From the NCBI GenBank assembly GCA_034530615.2, contig JAVRCV020000052.1:1-64000 (forward strand): 64,000 nt of DNA, read 5' to 3'. Position numbers and translations under genes: made by a program. Each line of letters opens with the position of its first letter. Within the stretch, counting starts at the first letter, position 1. This DNA comes from Aulosira sp. ZfuVER01. Lineage in GTDB: Bacteria > Cyanobacteriota > Cyanobacteriia > Cyanobacteriales > Nostocaceae. Below, in pieces: positions 28,997-41,306 of this stretch. Below the pieces are notes generated by a model. It saw only the letters and a program-made list of their open reading frames with translations. It did not search any database and had not been told where the DNA came from.

Positions 28997-29659
28997 TTGG
29001 GATTAAAATCAATCTGCTGGGCTATGTCAGCTAAATTTGAGAGTTCTGGAGTCTTTCATCCTGTGCTAACTGCATTACCAACGATCAATGCCCTCAAACA
29101 ACCTACCAGTTCGGCTTGGGTAGAACAAGCGATCGCCAATTTAGATATTATCTTGCTCGACCACTCCCACTGCGAACGCAAAGCTGCGGGTGTGGCGTTA
29201 AATTTTATGTTTCGCTACCCTTCCAATGCGAAAATGGTTAGAGAATTAACTGCGATCGCTCGCGAAGAACTAGAACATTTTGAACTAGTCAATCAGTGGC
29301 TAGAACGCCGCAACATCCCCCTTGCACCTTTATCACCACCTCCCTACGGTGCGGGTTTGAAAGCGCAAGTGCGTCCCCAAGAACCCGATAGATTCTTAGA
29401 TTCTTTACTCGTCACGGGATTGATTGAAGCACGTAGTCACGAACGTCTAGGATTATTAGCTACACACTGTCCAGAGCCAGAATTAGCAAAATTTTATCGG
29501 GGTTTGATGGCTTCAGAAGCGCGTCACTTTGGTACTTACTGGGTTTTAGCCGATACTTACTTTGACCGTGAAGTTGTCATGCAACGGCTCGATGAACTAG
29601 CATTCGTTGAAAGTGAGTTGCTAGCAACTTTACACCCAGAGCCTAGAATTCATAGTTAG
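28997..29659 (+). CDS. miaE: tRNA-(ms2io6A) hydroxylase
   Basis: DHSHCERKAA, EELEHF, EARSHER, SEARH; true start probably downstream. Confidence 0.9.
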   Translation: MGLKSICWAMSAKFESSGVFHPVLTALPTINALKQPTSSAWVEQAIANLDIILLDHSHCERKAAGVALNFMFRYPSNAKMVRELTAIAREELEHFELVNQWLERRNIPLAPLSPPPYGAGLKAQVRPQEPDRFLDSLLVTGLIEARSHERLGLLATHCPEPELAKFYRGLMASEARHFGTYWVLADTYFDREVVMQRLDELAFVESELLATLHPEPRIHS

Positions 29660-29679
29660 TAAACTAACGTACATCGATT

Positions 29680-30084
29680 ATGAGACTTCAGCTAACACAC
29701 CTCAGACTGCTTGTTTCCAATTACAAAGAGACTTTTTTGTTCTACCGAGATTTACTAGGTTTAAATGTAGATTGGGGAGATGAAGAAACTGGATATGCTG
29801 AGTTTAGTACCGGATCTATTCAGCTGGCTGTATTGAAGAAAGAGTTCATGGCTCAAGTCATCCCCAGCATCAATCAGCCTTCGTCTTTCGCCAGCCAGGA
29901 TAAAACATCCTTAATTTTTGCCGTCGATAACGTCGATGAAGTGTATCAACGGCTTAAAGACCATAATGGCATCCTGATGGCTCCACCTACAGACCGTATA
30001 GACTGGGGAATCCGCACAGCACATTTCCGCGATCCTGATGGTAATTTGATTGAGATTTACACCAACCTGGGTATCGTAAGTTAG
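29680..30084 (+). CDS. VOC/glyoxalase family protein
   Basis: FYRDLLGL, WGIRTAHFRDPDGNLIE. Confidence 0.9.
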   Translation: MRLQLTHLRLLVSNYKETFLFYRDLLGLNVDWGDEETGYAEFSTGSIQLAVLKKEFMAQVIPSINQPSSFASQDKTSLIFAVDNVDEVYQRLKDHNGILMAPPTDRIDWGIRTAHFRDPDGNLIEIYTNLGIVS

Positions 30085-30105
30085 AGTTTCCCCGCCTACT
30101 ACCCA

Positions 30106-31998
30106 ATGTCTGAACCACAGCCAAACCAGACTCCAAACTTTCGCCGCTTTGCTGACTGGTGTTTGCATAAAGATAGCCTCTCAACTGAAGCAAGACACAC
30201 AGTTGAGGTGCTATTAAAGAAAGCTGATACTTCTGATTGCTATGAAGCCGAGCAGGTACTGGCAAACTGTACCGAACTATGTCTCAGTTTTCAGGATATT
30301 TATGATCTGAATCCCTTATCTCATCTGACTCAACTAACTCAATTGAGGCTTTTTAGTAATCAGATTTCTGATTTAAATCCACTATCTAGGCTGACTAACT
30401 TAACACATCTTGAGCTTGCTAATAATCAGATTTATAATCTGAGTCCACTATCTGGACTGACGAAACTCAAAAGCTTACGTCTCGATATCAATTTAATTTC
30501 TGATTGTACTCCGCTGTCTAGACTGATAAATTTGGAATATTTAGGACTTAGTTCTAATAATATTTATGATTTTAGTTCACTTTCAAAATTAACAAATCTG
30601 AGCTTTTTATATTTAAATGAAAATGAAATAAAAAATCTCAGTTTTTTGTCTGGGCTAACCAATCTTACTGAATTATTTCTCGGCTATAATCAAATTTCAG
30701 ATTTGCAAGCACTGTCTGAGGTAACTAATCTAAAAATTCTCAATTTAAATAATAATGAAATTTCGGATTTGAGTCCGCTATCTGGTCTGACTGAATTGGT
30801 TACACTGTATATCTCTAATAATTCTATTTCTGATTTTAGCCCTATATTAGGATTTATCAACTTGCAACGACTGCATCTAGATTGTAATAAGCTATCAGAC
30901 CTAAGTCTATTCTCGAAACTAACTAAGCTTTATCAATTGGAGGTTACACAATCAGAACGACTTTTAGAGCGCTTAAATTTATTAACTCTTTGGCAAGATA
31001 AATGGCGTTCTCTATTAACTTCACCTATGGATGAGCAAAAAACTAGAGAAGCTGTGAAATATGCATATACATTTATTGGACGTGCAGAACCTAATATTAT
31101 TATTTTTTCGAGTCCCAATTTAGGAATTGAGTATTTAAATAAATTTCCAAAATTAGGAAAATCATTAGCGTGGGATATATATTATTTCCTAGGCGAAAGA
31201 AATTCAGCGCTGAGAGGCTTTATTTATAGAGAAGTTGAAAATCAATTTTTACACGATCAGCATCTTAATTCGATAGTAGAGGCATTGTTGTTAGCAAATC
31301 CTCAAGTAATGAAGGCTGTAGAAGTTATGCAAGAATCTAACATTACGTTTGAAGAATTGCTATTCGGATGGTCATATATTACCTCTAATGAATTGCTAAA
31401 GATTATTACCTCGACAGAATTATTAGTTCAAGAATTACATTATCAACTAGATTTAAAAGAACAAGATGCATTGCGGTGTCTCAATCAACTATTTGAAAAT
31501 TGCGGTTGGATATTTTCCTATGAGCAAGTTTGTATAGTATGCGATCGCCCCCGTAAAATTTCTTTAGATAATGAAAATCGCTTACACGCAGAAGGTGAAC
31601 CAGCGATTCAATTTAGCGATGGCTGGCATACTGGATACTACTATCATGGTGTCAAACTACCTGAGAAATACGGCAAGCTACACCCCCAACAATGGCAAGC
31701 CCAGTGGCTTTTAGAAGAAGATAATGCCGAACTCAGGCGCGTTTTAATCCAAGGTATCGGCTACGATCGCATCTGTGAGCAATTAAAAGCACAAGTAATT
31801 GATTCTTGGCAAGAATACACTCTACTTCGCATTGATGCTGATATCGATGTCGAGCCGATTCATTTATTAAAAATGACTTGCCCTAGCACTGCAAAAATTC
31901 ATACATTAAGAGTACCGCCGGAAATAAACTCTGCCAGAGTTGCGATTCGTTGGGTAAATTGGGATATAGAGCCAGAAGACTTTGCTGTGCAAACTTGA
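30106..31998 (+). CDS. Leucine-rich repeat (22-aa) + DUF6745 protein
   Basis: About 10 LSxLTxLxxLxLxxNQIxDL repeats; C-terminal domain homologous to 15082..16095. Confidence 0.85.
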   Translation: MSEPQPNQTPNFRRFADWCLHKDSLSTEARHTVEVLLKKADTSDCYEAEQVLANCTELCLSFQDIYDLNPLSHLTQLTQLRLFSNQISDLNPLSRLTNLTHLELANNQIYNLSPLSGLTKLKSLRLDINLISDCTPLSRLINLEYLGLSSNNIYDFSSLSKLTNLSFLYLNENEIKNLSFLSGLTNLTELFLGYNQISDLQALSEVTNLKILNLNNNEISDLSPLSGLTELVTLYISNNSISDFSPILGFINLQRLHLDCNKLSDLSLFSKLTKLYQLEVTQSERLLERLNLLTLWQDKWRSLLTSPMDEQKTREAVKYAYTFIGRAEPNIIIFSSPNLGIEYLNKFPKLGKSLAWDIYYFLGERNSALRGFIYREVENQFLHDQHLNSIVEALLLANPQVMKAVEVMQESNITFEELLFGWSYITSNELLKIITSTELLVQELHYQLDLKEQDALRCLNQLFENCGWIFSYEQVCIVCDRPRKISLDNENRLHAEGEPAIQFSDGWHTGYYYHGVKLPEKYGKLHPQQWQAQWLLEEDNAELRRVLIQGIGYDRICEQLKAQVIDSWQEYTLLRIDADIDVEPIHLLKMTCPSTAKIHTLRVPPEINSARVAIRWVNWDIEPEDFAVQT

Positions 31999-32046
31999 CT
32001 CTCACTTTGCTCCCGTTCAAAATTAAAAATTATTGAAAATTTTCCG

Positions 32047-32535
32047 ATGAGAGATTATTATCGAGATTTTTTGATTCGTAACTGGGAGCAGAGCGATCGC
32101 ACAAGCACTGCCGCAGTTATCAGTTATGTATTATCAGAATACGGTTTGGGTTGGGAACCCAACGGCGCTGATCGAGATGTGGTGCAAGTGGAGGAATGCT
32201 ACTTAGCCACTGGTGGCGAGTTTTGGGTAATTGAACACCAAGGACAATTAGTAGGAACTGGGGCATATTACCCCGTAAATCGTGGTGAAAAAGCTGTAGA
32301 AATCCGCAAAATGTACCTCTTACCCAGCATCAGAGGTATAGGACTAGGGAAATATTTATTACAACAACTAGAAGCAGCGATCGCCGCCCGTGGTTTTCAG
32401 CAAATTTGGATTGAAACCGCGAGTGTTTTAGTAGAAGCAGTCAAACTATATGAAAGCAACGGCTACAAACCAGCAACAGGTGTAGAAACCCCAAGGTGCG
32501 ATCGCGTGTATGTCAAATTCCTCAACCAGCCATAA
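32047..32535 (+). CDS. GNAT N-acetyltransferase
   Basis: EIRKMYLLP..RGIGLG, LYESNGY. Confidence 0.9.
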   Translation: MRDYYRDFLIRNWEQSDRTSTAAVISYVLSEYGLGWEPNGADRDVVQVEECYLATGGEFWVIEHQGQLVGTGAYYPVNRGEKAVEIRKMYLLPSIRGIGLGKYLLQQLEAAIAARGFQQIWIETASVLVEAVKLYESNGYKPATGVETPRCDRVYVKFLNQP

Positions 32536-32607
32536 GGAGTAGGGGACAAGGGAGACAAGGAAGAAATAACCAATGCCCTATGCCCTATGCCCCATGCCCA
32601 ATAACAA

Positions 32608-33288
32608 ATGACTAATTATGCTAGAACCGCAATTAAAGGTTTACTTAATCTTTTTCTTCAATCTCATTGTCCTCTGTGTCAACGAAGTACAGCTCGTGAA
32701 CTTTGTGAATACTGTGAAAAACAGTTAAAAAAATGTCACCTCCAAGACCCAAATATCTTATGGAAAGAGCCTCTACCAGTGTTTAGCTGGGGAATTTATG
32801 GTGGTTCCTTAAAAAGAGCGATCGCGGCGCTGAAATACGAAAATCAACCGCAAATTGCTCGTCCTTTGGGTCGATGGTTAGGAGAGGCTTGGTTATTAAA
32901 TTCACCAAGACGCGATCAAAAGCTGGTTGTTGTTCCTATACCACTTCACGCTAGTAAGCAAAAACAACGTGGCTATAACCAAGCTGCACTCTTAGCACAC
33001 AGCTTTTGCCAAACAACTGGGTTAAAATTTAAACCAAATGGTCTAGAAAGAGTTAGAGAAACTAAAGCGCAGTTTGGTTTATCAGTATCAGAGCGAGAAA
33101 AAAACTTGGCAGCAGCTTTTGTTGTTGGGCAAGGATTACGCGATCGCCATCCGGATTTCCCAGTATTATTAATGGATGATATTTATACTACTGGTGCTAC
33201 TGCTGCTGCTGCGGTACAAACACTTAGTAACTGGGGAATTTCTGTCTCTGGGTTAGTAGCGCTTGCTACTGCTATCAAAAATAAATAA
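32608..33288 (+). CDS. comF: ComF family protein
   Basis: CPLC..C..C, RGYNQA, PRT motif LMDDIYTTGAT. Confidence 0.9.
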   Translation: MTNYARTAIKGLLNLFLQSHCPLCQRSTARELCEYCEKQLKKCHLQDPNILWKEPLPVFSWGIYGGSLKRAIAALKYENQPQIARPLGRWLGEAWLLNSPRRDQKLVVVPIPLHASKQKQRGYNQAALLAHSFCQTTGLKFKPNGLERVRETKAQFGLSVSEREKNLAAAFVVGQGLRDRHPDFPVLLMDDIYTTGATAAAAVQTLSNWGISVSGLVALATAIKNK

Positions 33289-33351
33289 CCAAACAATTCA
33301 TGGGCAAGCTTTCCCAGACAACTCTATAATTGACCAGATCACCCTGTTTTT

Positions 33352-33831
33352 GTGGGAATTTTGCTTGAAATGATCAGTAAGGCTTTGGCAACGGGTTTGA
33401 AACGGGTAATCATCTTTCCTGCCACTTTAGTGGCAATTAGTCTAAGTACAAGCGCAGCTTTTGCTCAAAATAAGTTATATAGTCCAATTCCTTTAAATAC
33501 TAGTAGTGCTGAATTTAACGATACGCTCTCAGAGAAAGATATTCCCACAGGTCAGGGCGGATTTGCCCGTGATTATACGGTGAAGTTAAATAAGGGCGAT
33601 AACTTAGCAGTTGATTTGGCATCTGACAACTTTGACAGCATCATCACGCTGCTTTCACCCAATGGAGCAACATTGGCAGAAAATGATGATGGCCCCGATG
33701 GTACGAGTAACTCCCTATTATTTACCCGCATTGTGGAAACAGGTACTTATATTATTCGCGTCCGTTCTTTTGGGGAAACTGGTGTTGGCAACTTTAAACT
33801 TAAAGTGACAAAGCTGCAACCGATTAAATGA
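33352..33831 (+). CDS. Secreted PPC (pre-peptidase C-terminal) domain protein
   Basis: Signal peptide, FDS, ENDD, GTYIIRV. Confidence 0.8.
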   Translation: MGILLEMISKALATGLKRVIIFPATLVAISLSTSAAFAQNKLYSPIPLNTSSAEFNDTLSEKDIPTGQGGFARDYTVKLNKGDNLAVDLASDNFDSIITLLSPNGATLAENDDGPDGTSNSLLFTRIVETGTYIIRVRSFGETGVGNFKLKVTKLQPIK

Positions 33832-33951
33832 ATTGGGCATCGGGCATTGGGCATGGGGTATCGGGAATTGCCTAAGAAGGCAATACGCAATCATTAGTTA
33901 TTTCTTCCCCTGCTCCCTTGTCTTCCTTGTCCCCTTAGTCCTCAGTCTCTC

Positions 33952-34725
33952 CTAAAAAGCAGTCAGTACGCACAGAAAAAGGGCTTCAGTCCATTCAACG
34001 ACTGCGCCGTATGTATCGCCTGTGTGTCCGCCTAATTTGTAATTGAACCACGCACCAGTCAAAATGGCGATCGCACTTCCCGCGATCGCCATTGTTAGTG
34101 CCAAAAACATCTGCTTGCTATCTAGCAAAAAAAGTAGCCCGCTTAAAGCTATGAGCAACAGTAGCCCCGGTAACAAATCTTTGTAAGATTGAATGGCTTG
34201 TTTATGAAACGCGCCTTTACCAGTAGGTTTTAAGTAAGGATAACAAGCGATCGCTAGCTGTTGTCCCCAGCGTCCCCAACCACAAGCCGCCATCAATATC
34301 AGCCAACGGTTTGCTTCTATATCGATCAATGCTGTTGTTTTGAGCAACAATAAAGCGATCGCAGCCATTGCGCCAAAAGCACCTGTAGCACTGTCTGCCA
34401 TTACCTCTAAGCGCCTTTCTGGGTCGCCCACCGCTAAACCATCAGCAGTATCCATCGTTCCATCTAAATGCAGTCCTCCAGTAATGCCAATCCCCATACT
34501 GACTACTAAGGCACTGCGCGTTAATACTGGTATACCCAAATAACTCATCCCTGTATCACATAAGCCTAAAATTCCGCCAATCAATAGCCCTACTAGTGGA
34601 GCAAAACGTGCCACCCTCCAAAAATCTAATTCCCTGAGATTTGGCAAGGGAATAACAGTATAGAATATTACGCTTGCTGCCAAATCCAACAGCAGGTTTT
34701 TTCCGGATGGAGGCTGATTTGTCAT
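33952..34725 (-). CDS. cobS: Adenosylcobinamide-GDP ribazoletransferase
   Basis: [23 protein letters not shown]. Confidence 0.93.
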   Translation of the reverse strand: MTNQPPSGKNLLLDLAASVIFYTVIPLPNLRELDFWRVARFAPLVGLLIGGILGLCDTGMSYLGIPVLTRSALVVSMGIGITGGLHLDGTMDTADGLAVGDPERRLEVMADSATGAFGAMAAIALLLLKTTALIDIEANRWLILMAACGWGRWGQQLAIACYPYLKPTGKGAFHKQAIQSYKDLLPGLLLLIALSGLLFLLDSKQMFLALTMAIAGSAIAILTGAWFNYKLGGHTGDTYGAVVEWTEALFLCVLTAF

Positions 34726-35093
34726 ATTATTTACTTTCCTAAACAGCTATTTATGGAATAAGTTCACTATTCCTTCACAAGCTGTGCTAGAAGATTTTAA
34801 AGCTTTAAATAAGTTTTATTTGCTATAGAGATTCATCCAAAAAATTTTGTTATGCTAGTCTCAGTGTCTAGATGATACACAAGCATTAATTTATACAAAA
34901 TATTAATAAATCTCAAAAATGAAAAATTTCAACACAGAGAATTTTGTTTTGTATTCTTAAATTAAGAACCTAATTCAAGTTATTAGACGATTGCCCTCGA
35001 AAGTTGATATTTTTTAAATGTAGGGGGTATACAGACTGTCAACTTCAATGTTTTGCGCTGTTGCACTCACCTTCGCTCAATCCCCATTTGCTT

Positions 35094-35546
35094 ATGAGTC
35101 ACCATCTACCCGACACCAGGATACCAGCTCCGTGCATTATTAACACGGGCATTATTGTGAATAAGCTCGACATACGGCGATTGTTGGCTGACTTAGGTCG
35201 AGTCCACTACATCTACACCCAAGAAGGCCAATTACAGAGTGAGGGTGATGGGGATGTGATGGAAGTATTTGCCAATCCACAAAGATCTACTTTAGTTGCC
35301 AATCAAGCGCTTTATTTGAATGTTCATAGTTTTGATTACTTAGAATTGAAACAGTCTCCGCAACAAGAAACCTACTTTGATTTAATGCAGGAAGGTATGT
35401 GTTTGCGGCTGATTCCCCTCTCTACTCCCCAGCAAGAGCGAAGGGAGCGTAACTTGAATGTCAGCGCTATCGAAGCCATGATGGAGCAAGTACTCTCTGC
35501 TAGATGGGATGCAGAAATTGATGATGACACTTCCGATTCATTTTAA
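35094..35546 (+). CDS. Conserved cyanobacterial hypothetical protein
   Basis: ORF with probable ATG at 35094 (MSHHLPD), directly upstream of tgt. Confidence 0.7.
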   Translation: MSHHLPDTRIPAPCIINTGIIVNKLDIRRLLADLGRVHYIYTQEGQLQSEGDGDVMEVFANPQRSTLVANQALYLNVHSFDYLELKQSPQQETYFDLMQEGMCLRLIPLSTPQQERRERNLNVSAIEAMMEQVLSARWDAEIDDDTSDSF

Positions 35547-35655
35547 ATAGCAACGGAAATACTATATAGTCGAAAAGTTGGTAATCGGTTAGTAGTTGGC
35601 ACTCAGGTAGTAGCTAATACCCAGTTACCATTTTTTATACTTGTCCATTATTTAG

Positions 35656-36780
<1,125 letters not shown>

Positions 36781-36817
36781 GACAAAGAGACACAGGGACG
36801 CGGAGCAATAACAAATA

Positions 36818-36845
36818 ACTCTTGACTCTTGACTCTTGACTCTTG
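36818..36845. repeat. STRR heptamer array (ACTCTTG x4)
   Basis: Direct tandem heptamers. Confidence 0.85.
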
Positions 36846-36924
36846 ACAAATAACCAATGCCCAAACCATGTTAAGATACATCTCAATTATGAAAGCTGTG
36901 TTGGATAGGTGGATTTAAACGAAT

Positions 36925-37062
36925 ATGGAAGCAGCATTGTTGTTAGCAAAATTGCCGGAAGCTTACCAAATTTTTGATCCTCTGGTAGATGTTCTCCCAG
37001 TAATTCCCGTTTTCTTCTTGTTACTTGCTTTCGTTTGGCAAGCAGCAGTGGGATTTAGGTAA
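36925..37062 (+). CDS. psbK: Photosystem II protein K (below ORF-track cutoff)
   Basis: [45 protein letters not shown]. Confidence 0.97.
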
Positions 37063-37084
37063 GTTAATTGAATTTCAATTTCTG

Positions 37085-37115
37085 GGACAGGTATTTTAAC
37101 CTGTCCTATTTTTTT
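37085..37115 (+). terminator. psbK intrinsic terminator
   Basis: GGACAGGT-N6-ACCTGTCC followed by a T-run. Confidence 0.75.
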
Positions 37116-37245
37116 AAATTATTCTCTTTACTAAAGTTTACTATTATTAATAATATGTAATCTTTTAATATAGACTTAAGTTAGCATATCAAGCTTGGTT
37201 AACAAAAAGTCAACAACCAAACTTAAAGTCAATAAGGTAGCAGTT

Positions 37246-37542
37246 ATGGGTAATATCAAATTCATTAAAGAAAATAAAGAAGTAATAGCAGCAGATGGTG
37301 CCAATCTCCGGCTTAAAGCAATGCAAAATGGGATTGACATATATACATTGATTGGCAAAATGACAAATTGCGGCGGCTATGGACAGTGTGGCACTTGCAT
37401 AGTCGAGGTTGTTGAAGGCATAGAGAATCTTTCCCCCCGCACAGATGTAGAAAATCGCAAATTGAAGAAAAAACCTGAAAATTACCGCCTTGCTTGTCAA
37501 ACCTTAGTAAATGGACCAGTAAGTGTGGTGACGAAGCCTTAG
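37246..37542 (+). CDS. 2Fe-2S ferredoxin-like protein
   Basis: [11 protein letters not shown]...RLACQ; ATG at 37246. Confidence 0.9.
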   Translation: MGNIKFIKENKEVIAADGANLRLKAMQNGIDIYTLIGKMTNCGGYGQCGTCIVEVVEGIENLSPRTDVENRKLKKKPENYRLACQTLVNGPVSVVTKP

Positions 37543-37642
37543 TCTTTTAGCATTTGCGGCAGCAGAAAATTTGGGCAAACTCTGTCATCGATGATGCTAT
37601 TCTAATGTTGTTGACTGGAAATCTAGGAGAGGCTTTCTTGCC

Positions 37643-37759
37643 ATGCAAGTTAATGACCTGGGGTTTGTAGCGAGCATTCTGTTCGTACTTGTTCCCGCTG
37701 TATTTTTGATAGTTCTGTACATCCAAACTGCCAGCCGCGAAGGTAAAAAAGATAGTTAA
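37643..37759 (+). CDS. psbM: Photosystem II protein M (below ORF-track cutoff)
   Basis: [38 protein letters not shown]. Confidence 0.96.
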   Translation: MQVNDLGFVASILFVLVPAVFLIVLYIQTASREGKKDS

Positions 37760-37780
37760 TACGTTTTTTATAAAATAAAG

Positions 37781-37810
37781 AACCCCTGCACCTGTGGTGT
37801 AGGGGTTTTT
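37781..37810. terminator. Terminator between psbM and the USP gene
   Basis: AACCCCTGCACC-TGT-GGTGTAGGGGTT followed by a T-run. Confidence 0.75.
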
Positions 37811-37839
37811 GTTTATCAACCGCTAAGTCTATTTTGTCC

Positions 37840-38694
37840 TTAACTAGTAGTTCGTGCCAACAACACAGGACAAGTAGCATTAACTCGAACATAATCAGAC
37901 AAAGAAGCACCGATTAGCCGATCTATATCCACAAAACTCTTAGCTACCGATGGCCGACGATCTGGAGAGCCGAGTAACAATAAATCTACGTTCAACTCCT
38001 CTGCCAAACGACAGATTTCTTCACCTGGCTTCCCGCTACTGCTGAAACAACGAGTTTTCACCCCTTGTCTTTCGGCTTCTGCAACTGCTGCTGCCAAAAC
38101 TGAATTTTTCTCTGGGGTAACTTCGTTTAGTTCCGATGATTTGCCACGTAAATCTGTATTAACATTAGCTAAAATTAGCTGACCACCCTGGATATCTCGC
38201 AACAGGAACAAAGCCAAACTCAAGCAGTGTTTTGCAGCATCAGAGTTATCCATTGCCACCATAACGCGGTTAATTCTTTTGACATAAATGTCATCTTTGA
38301 CCAGCAACATGGGGCGAGAAGACAGTTGAAATACATACTGGCTAACTGAATTCGATAAAATCGATTGCAGGCGCTTGAGTCCCCGTGAACCCATAATAAT
38401 CAAGTCAGCATCTATTTCATCAGCTACCTTGCAAACTACATCTTTGGGATCGCCTTGCCGCAAGATAGAGGAAACTTGACTTGGATCTAAGTTCAAAGAC
38501 TGAATAGCATTAGCGAGAATCTTGCCACCTTCTTCCCATTTTTCTGTCATAGCAGAAGCGGTAGATTTAGCATTAACTACGTGCAAAACAGTAACTTTTG
38601 CAGTTTGAATTGATGGCACTTCTTTCAATGCTTTGAGCATTTCTTCTGCATGTCCCAATCCAGACACAGCCAGCAAAATTTTCTCTATCATCAT
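37840..38694 (-). CDS. Universal stress protein (tandem USP domains)
   Basis: GDP, DLIIMGSRG, second USP domain ending in CPVLL. Confidence 0.9.
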   Translation of the reverse strand: MMIEKILLAVSGLGHAEEMLKALKEVPSIQTAKVTVLHVVNAKSTASAMTEKWEEGGKILANAIQSLNLDPSQVSSILRQGDPKDVVCKVADEIDADLIIMGSRGLKRLQSILSNSVSQYVFQLSSRPMLLVKDDIYVKRINRVMVAMDNSDAAKHCLSLALFLLRDIQGGQLILANVNTDLRGKSSELNEVTPEKNSVLAAAVAEAERQGVKTRCFSSSGKPGEEICRLAEELNVDLLLLGSPDRRPSVAKSFVDIDRLIGASLSDYVRVNATCPVLLARTTS

Positions 38695-39461
38695 AGTCTT
38701 GTGGTTAAGATTGCTTTGGTTTCTGCTCTTAGTAATTTCTTTCAGCTAGGCTTGTTATCACCTTGCTGAACAACCTAGTAAGTTTTCCGCACACATAAAA
38801 TCACAATCAGTCATCCACACAATTACTGTTCTGGAATTAGAATTATAGACTTTCACGTTGGATTGTGATGTTTGTTTGCCCTTAGTTACGTAAGTTCTTA
38901 ACTAGGTTCTGATGATTAAGCTTACTCTCAATTTAGCCTGATATATTTACTAAACTATGATGGTATTTATTATTTTTAATCTATGTTAACCTTTATTCAT
39001 TAAAAGGTAGTTAAGTATTGCAAAGAAACTCTAAAAAAAAGTAGCTGAATTATAACATCTTTCTATTAAGTTCCCGATTTTGCAATAACTGTTTAAAATC
39101 ATCAATTATTTCTTTATAAATTTTTTGGGTTCACTCTCATGAGAAATTTTTATCAAATCAACAATATTTCTTTATTACTGTATGTTCACAGTTGACTATT
39201 GACTGCCAACTCATAAATTCAGTTGGAAAGTTTCATGACACACATAATTACGCTTAAATAGCGATCGCTATTTAATTCCACATACTGAAGCAATTTAAAA
39301 CAAAAAGCATAAATAATTACTTAATATACGTATTTTGGGATCAATTCTCAGTTTGTCCCTCTCACACCCATCATCCCCATAGGGGCGTGGTCTCCGCGCC
39401 CTCTTAATTCCATGATGAAATTTGATTTTGCTCGTAAGTGCGATCGCCCCAAATCATCTCA

Positions 39462-39470
39462 GGGAATACT
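39462..39470 (+). promoter_or_regulatory. GGGAATACT extended -10 motif (SigJ/SigF-type promoter candidate)
   Basis: Exact GGGAATACT about 25-30 bp upstream of the DsbA-family start. Confidence 0.45.
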
Positions 39471-39495
39471 AGGATGATGTTGAGCGTTTAAGTTT

Positions 39496-40257
39496 TTGAT
39501 TATGCGTCAATTTTTTCAGTATATCCGTATATTTGCGTGCATCAGCTTAGTTTGTTGTCTTTTAAGCTGGTCACTCCCTGCACAAGCGGCTAGTCTCAAT
39601 CCCAAACTAGAACAGCAAGTATTACAAATCCTCCGCGAACACCCGGAGGTAATTATCGAATCTGTCGAAACATACCAGCAGCAACAGCAAAAACAGCTAC
39701 AGCAAGTACGGCAAAGCTTTTTACAGGATTTAAAAACAAATCCTCAGTTGGTAATTGGTGAGTCTCCTACTACGGGATCGACAACATCAAAGATTGTGCT
39801 AGTAGAATTTTCTGATTTTCAATGTCCCTACTGTGCTGAGGCGCATAAAACATTGAAGCAGTTATTAGCAAAGCACCAGAATGAAGTGACATTAGTTTAC
39901 AAACATTTCCCGTTGACTGCAATTCATGCTGAAGCATTACCGGCAGCTAAAGCAGCTTGGGCAGCAAATCAACAAGGTAAATTCTGGGAATATCAAGATG
40001 CTTTGTTTACTAATCAAAAACAACTGAGTGAAGCGTTATATTTAGATACTGCCAAAGCTTTGAATCTCGATTTAGAAAAGTTTAAAAGCGATGCCTTTGG
40101 TGCTAACAATCTTGCTGAAAAAGCTATAGGGAAAGATGTTCGATTAGCTGAACAATTGGGCATTGCTGGTACACCTTTCTTTGTAATGAATAGTAAAAAT
40201 TTCTCTGGTGTCGTGCAGTTATCCAACATCGAGAGTATATTAGCTGACGCTAAGTAG
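39496..40257 (+). CDS. DsbA family thioredoxin-fold protein
   Basis: Signal peptide, EFSDFQCPYC, GTP. Confidence 0.9.
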   Translation: MIMRQFFQYIRIFACISLVCCLLSWSLPAQAASLNPKLEQQVLQILREHPEVIIESVETYQQQQQKQLQQVRQSFLQDLKTNPQLVIGESPTTGSTTSKIVLVEFSDFQCPYCAEAHKTLKQLLAKHQNEVTLVYKHFPLTAIHAEALPAAKAAWAANQQGKFWEYQDALFTNQKQLSEALYLDTAKALNLDLEKFKSDAFGANNLAEKAIGKDVRLAEQLGIAGTPFFVMNSKNFSGVVQLSNIESILADAK

Positions 40258-40534
40258 ATGATGTCATACTGCGAACCCCAGGTATTTATAGGGAACAATA
40301 TTCCCCACTAGGTAGTCTACTCACTCTTTACGTTTCTTGTAAGAAAGGTTACAACATGATGTTGAGTGAGAATTGTATAACGCAGAGTTTTAGCGCTGAG
40401 TATCGGAGAGTTATCTGTACTCTTTGGCGTAACTCTGCGCTTTTTTTCAGTATCTATCTCGTTGATATTACGAAGTTTGTATGTATATAAGATCAATAAA
40501 AATTGTCAGTATCAATAACATAGAGAGGTAATTT

Positions 40535-41242
40535 ATGGGTCGCGCTGGAATTTGGCTATTTTTGCCCCTTACCCTGATAGTTAGCTGTTATCAAGAACTG
40601 CTACCCACTAATCAATCTGTAGCAAAATCACCCCAGTCTATAGTTCAACAAGCTAATCCGACTTTTTTAGCTAAGGCTAGTTATCTTTCCACCTTGGAAC
40701 AACAAGTAATTGTTGAAACTAACAAGGTGCGGACAAATCCTAAGTCTTACCTTCCTATATTAGAAAACTATAGAAAGCGCTTTCAAGGGAACCGAGTCAA
40801 AATTGCTGATAATACTTATTTGGTGACTCAAGAAGGGGTAAGTGCAGTGGATGAGGCAATCGCATTTCTCAAATCGGCTCGCCCTGTGGGAGCATTAACT
40901 CCATCTAAAGGTATGTCTTTAGGTGCTAGAGATCATGTCAAAGACCAAGGCCCTAAAGGTGCTACAGGTCATAATGGTAGTGATGGTAGCAACCCCGCTA
41001 GTCGCATTAATCGTTATGGTAAATGGCAAACTACCGCAGGCGAAAATATTAGCTATGGCCCAAACACCGCCAGAGATATCGTCATGCAGTTAATTATCGA
41101 TGATGGCGTGCGCGATCGCGGTCATCGCAAAAATATTTTTAACGGTGCTTTCAAGGTTGCTGGTGTTGCTTATGGGACTCACAAATCCTATAGAACAATA
41201 TGCGTAATTACTTACGCTGGTGGTTATAAAGAGAAATCGTAA
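40535..41242 (+). CDS. CAP domain protein (probable lipoprotein)
   Basis: LIVSC lipobox-like; H..SDGS, GENI, RGHR. Confidence 0.85.
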   Translation: MGRAGIWLFLPLTLIVSCYQELLPTNQSVAKSPQSIVQQANPTFLAKASYLSTLEQQVIVETNKVRTNPKSYLPILENYRKRFQGNRVKIADNTYLVTQEGVSAVDEAIAFLKSARPVGALTPSKGMSLGARDHVKDQGPKGATGHNGSDGSNPASRINRYGKWQTTAGENISYGPNTARDIVMQLIIDDGVRDRGHRKNIFNGAFKVAGVAYGTHKSYRTICVITYAGGYKEKS

Positions 41243-41306
41243 GTTTGTAAGTCAGGATTTAAGACCCTGACTATGAGAGTTTTTTATTTATGTTAATTAA
41301 TAGAAA

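Noticed and set aside
15082..31998. The two DUF6745 3' ends as a DGR template/variable-repeat pair
   Set aside because: Both are intact coding paralogues, the differences are not adenine-specific, and there is no reverse transcriptase.
37547..37910. Minus-strand ORFs 37547..37819 and 37650..37910
   Set aside because: Antisense shadows of psbM and its terminator.
38695..39460. Long AT-rich intergenic region as a possible sRNA locus
   Set aside because: Only weak inverted repeats are visible, and a divergent promoter region is enough to explain it.
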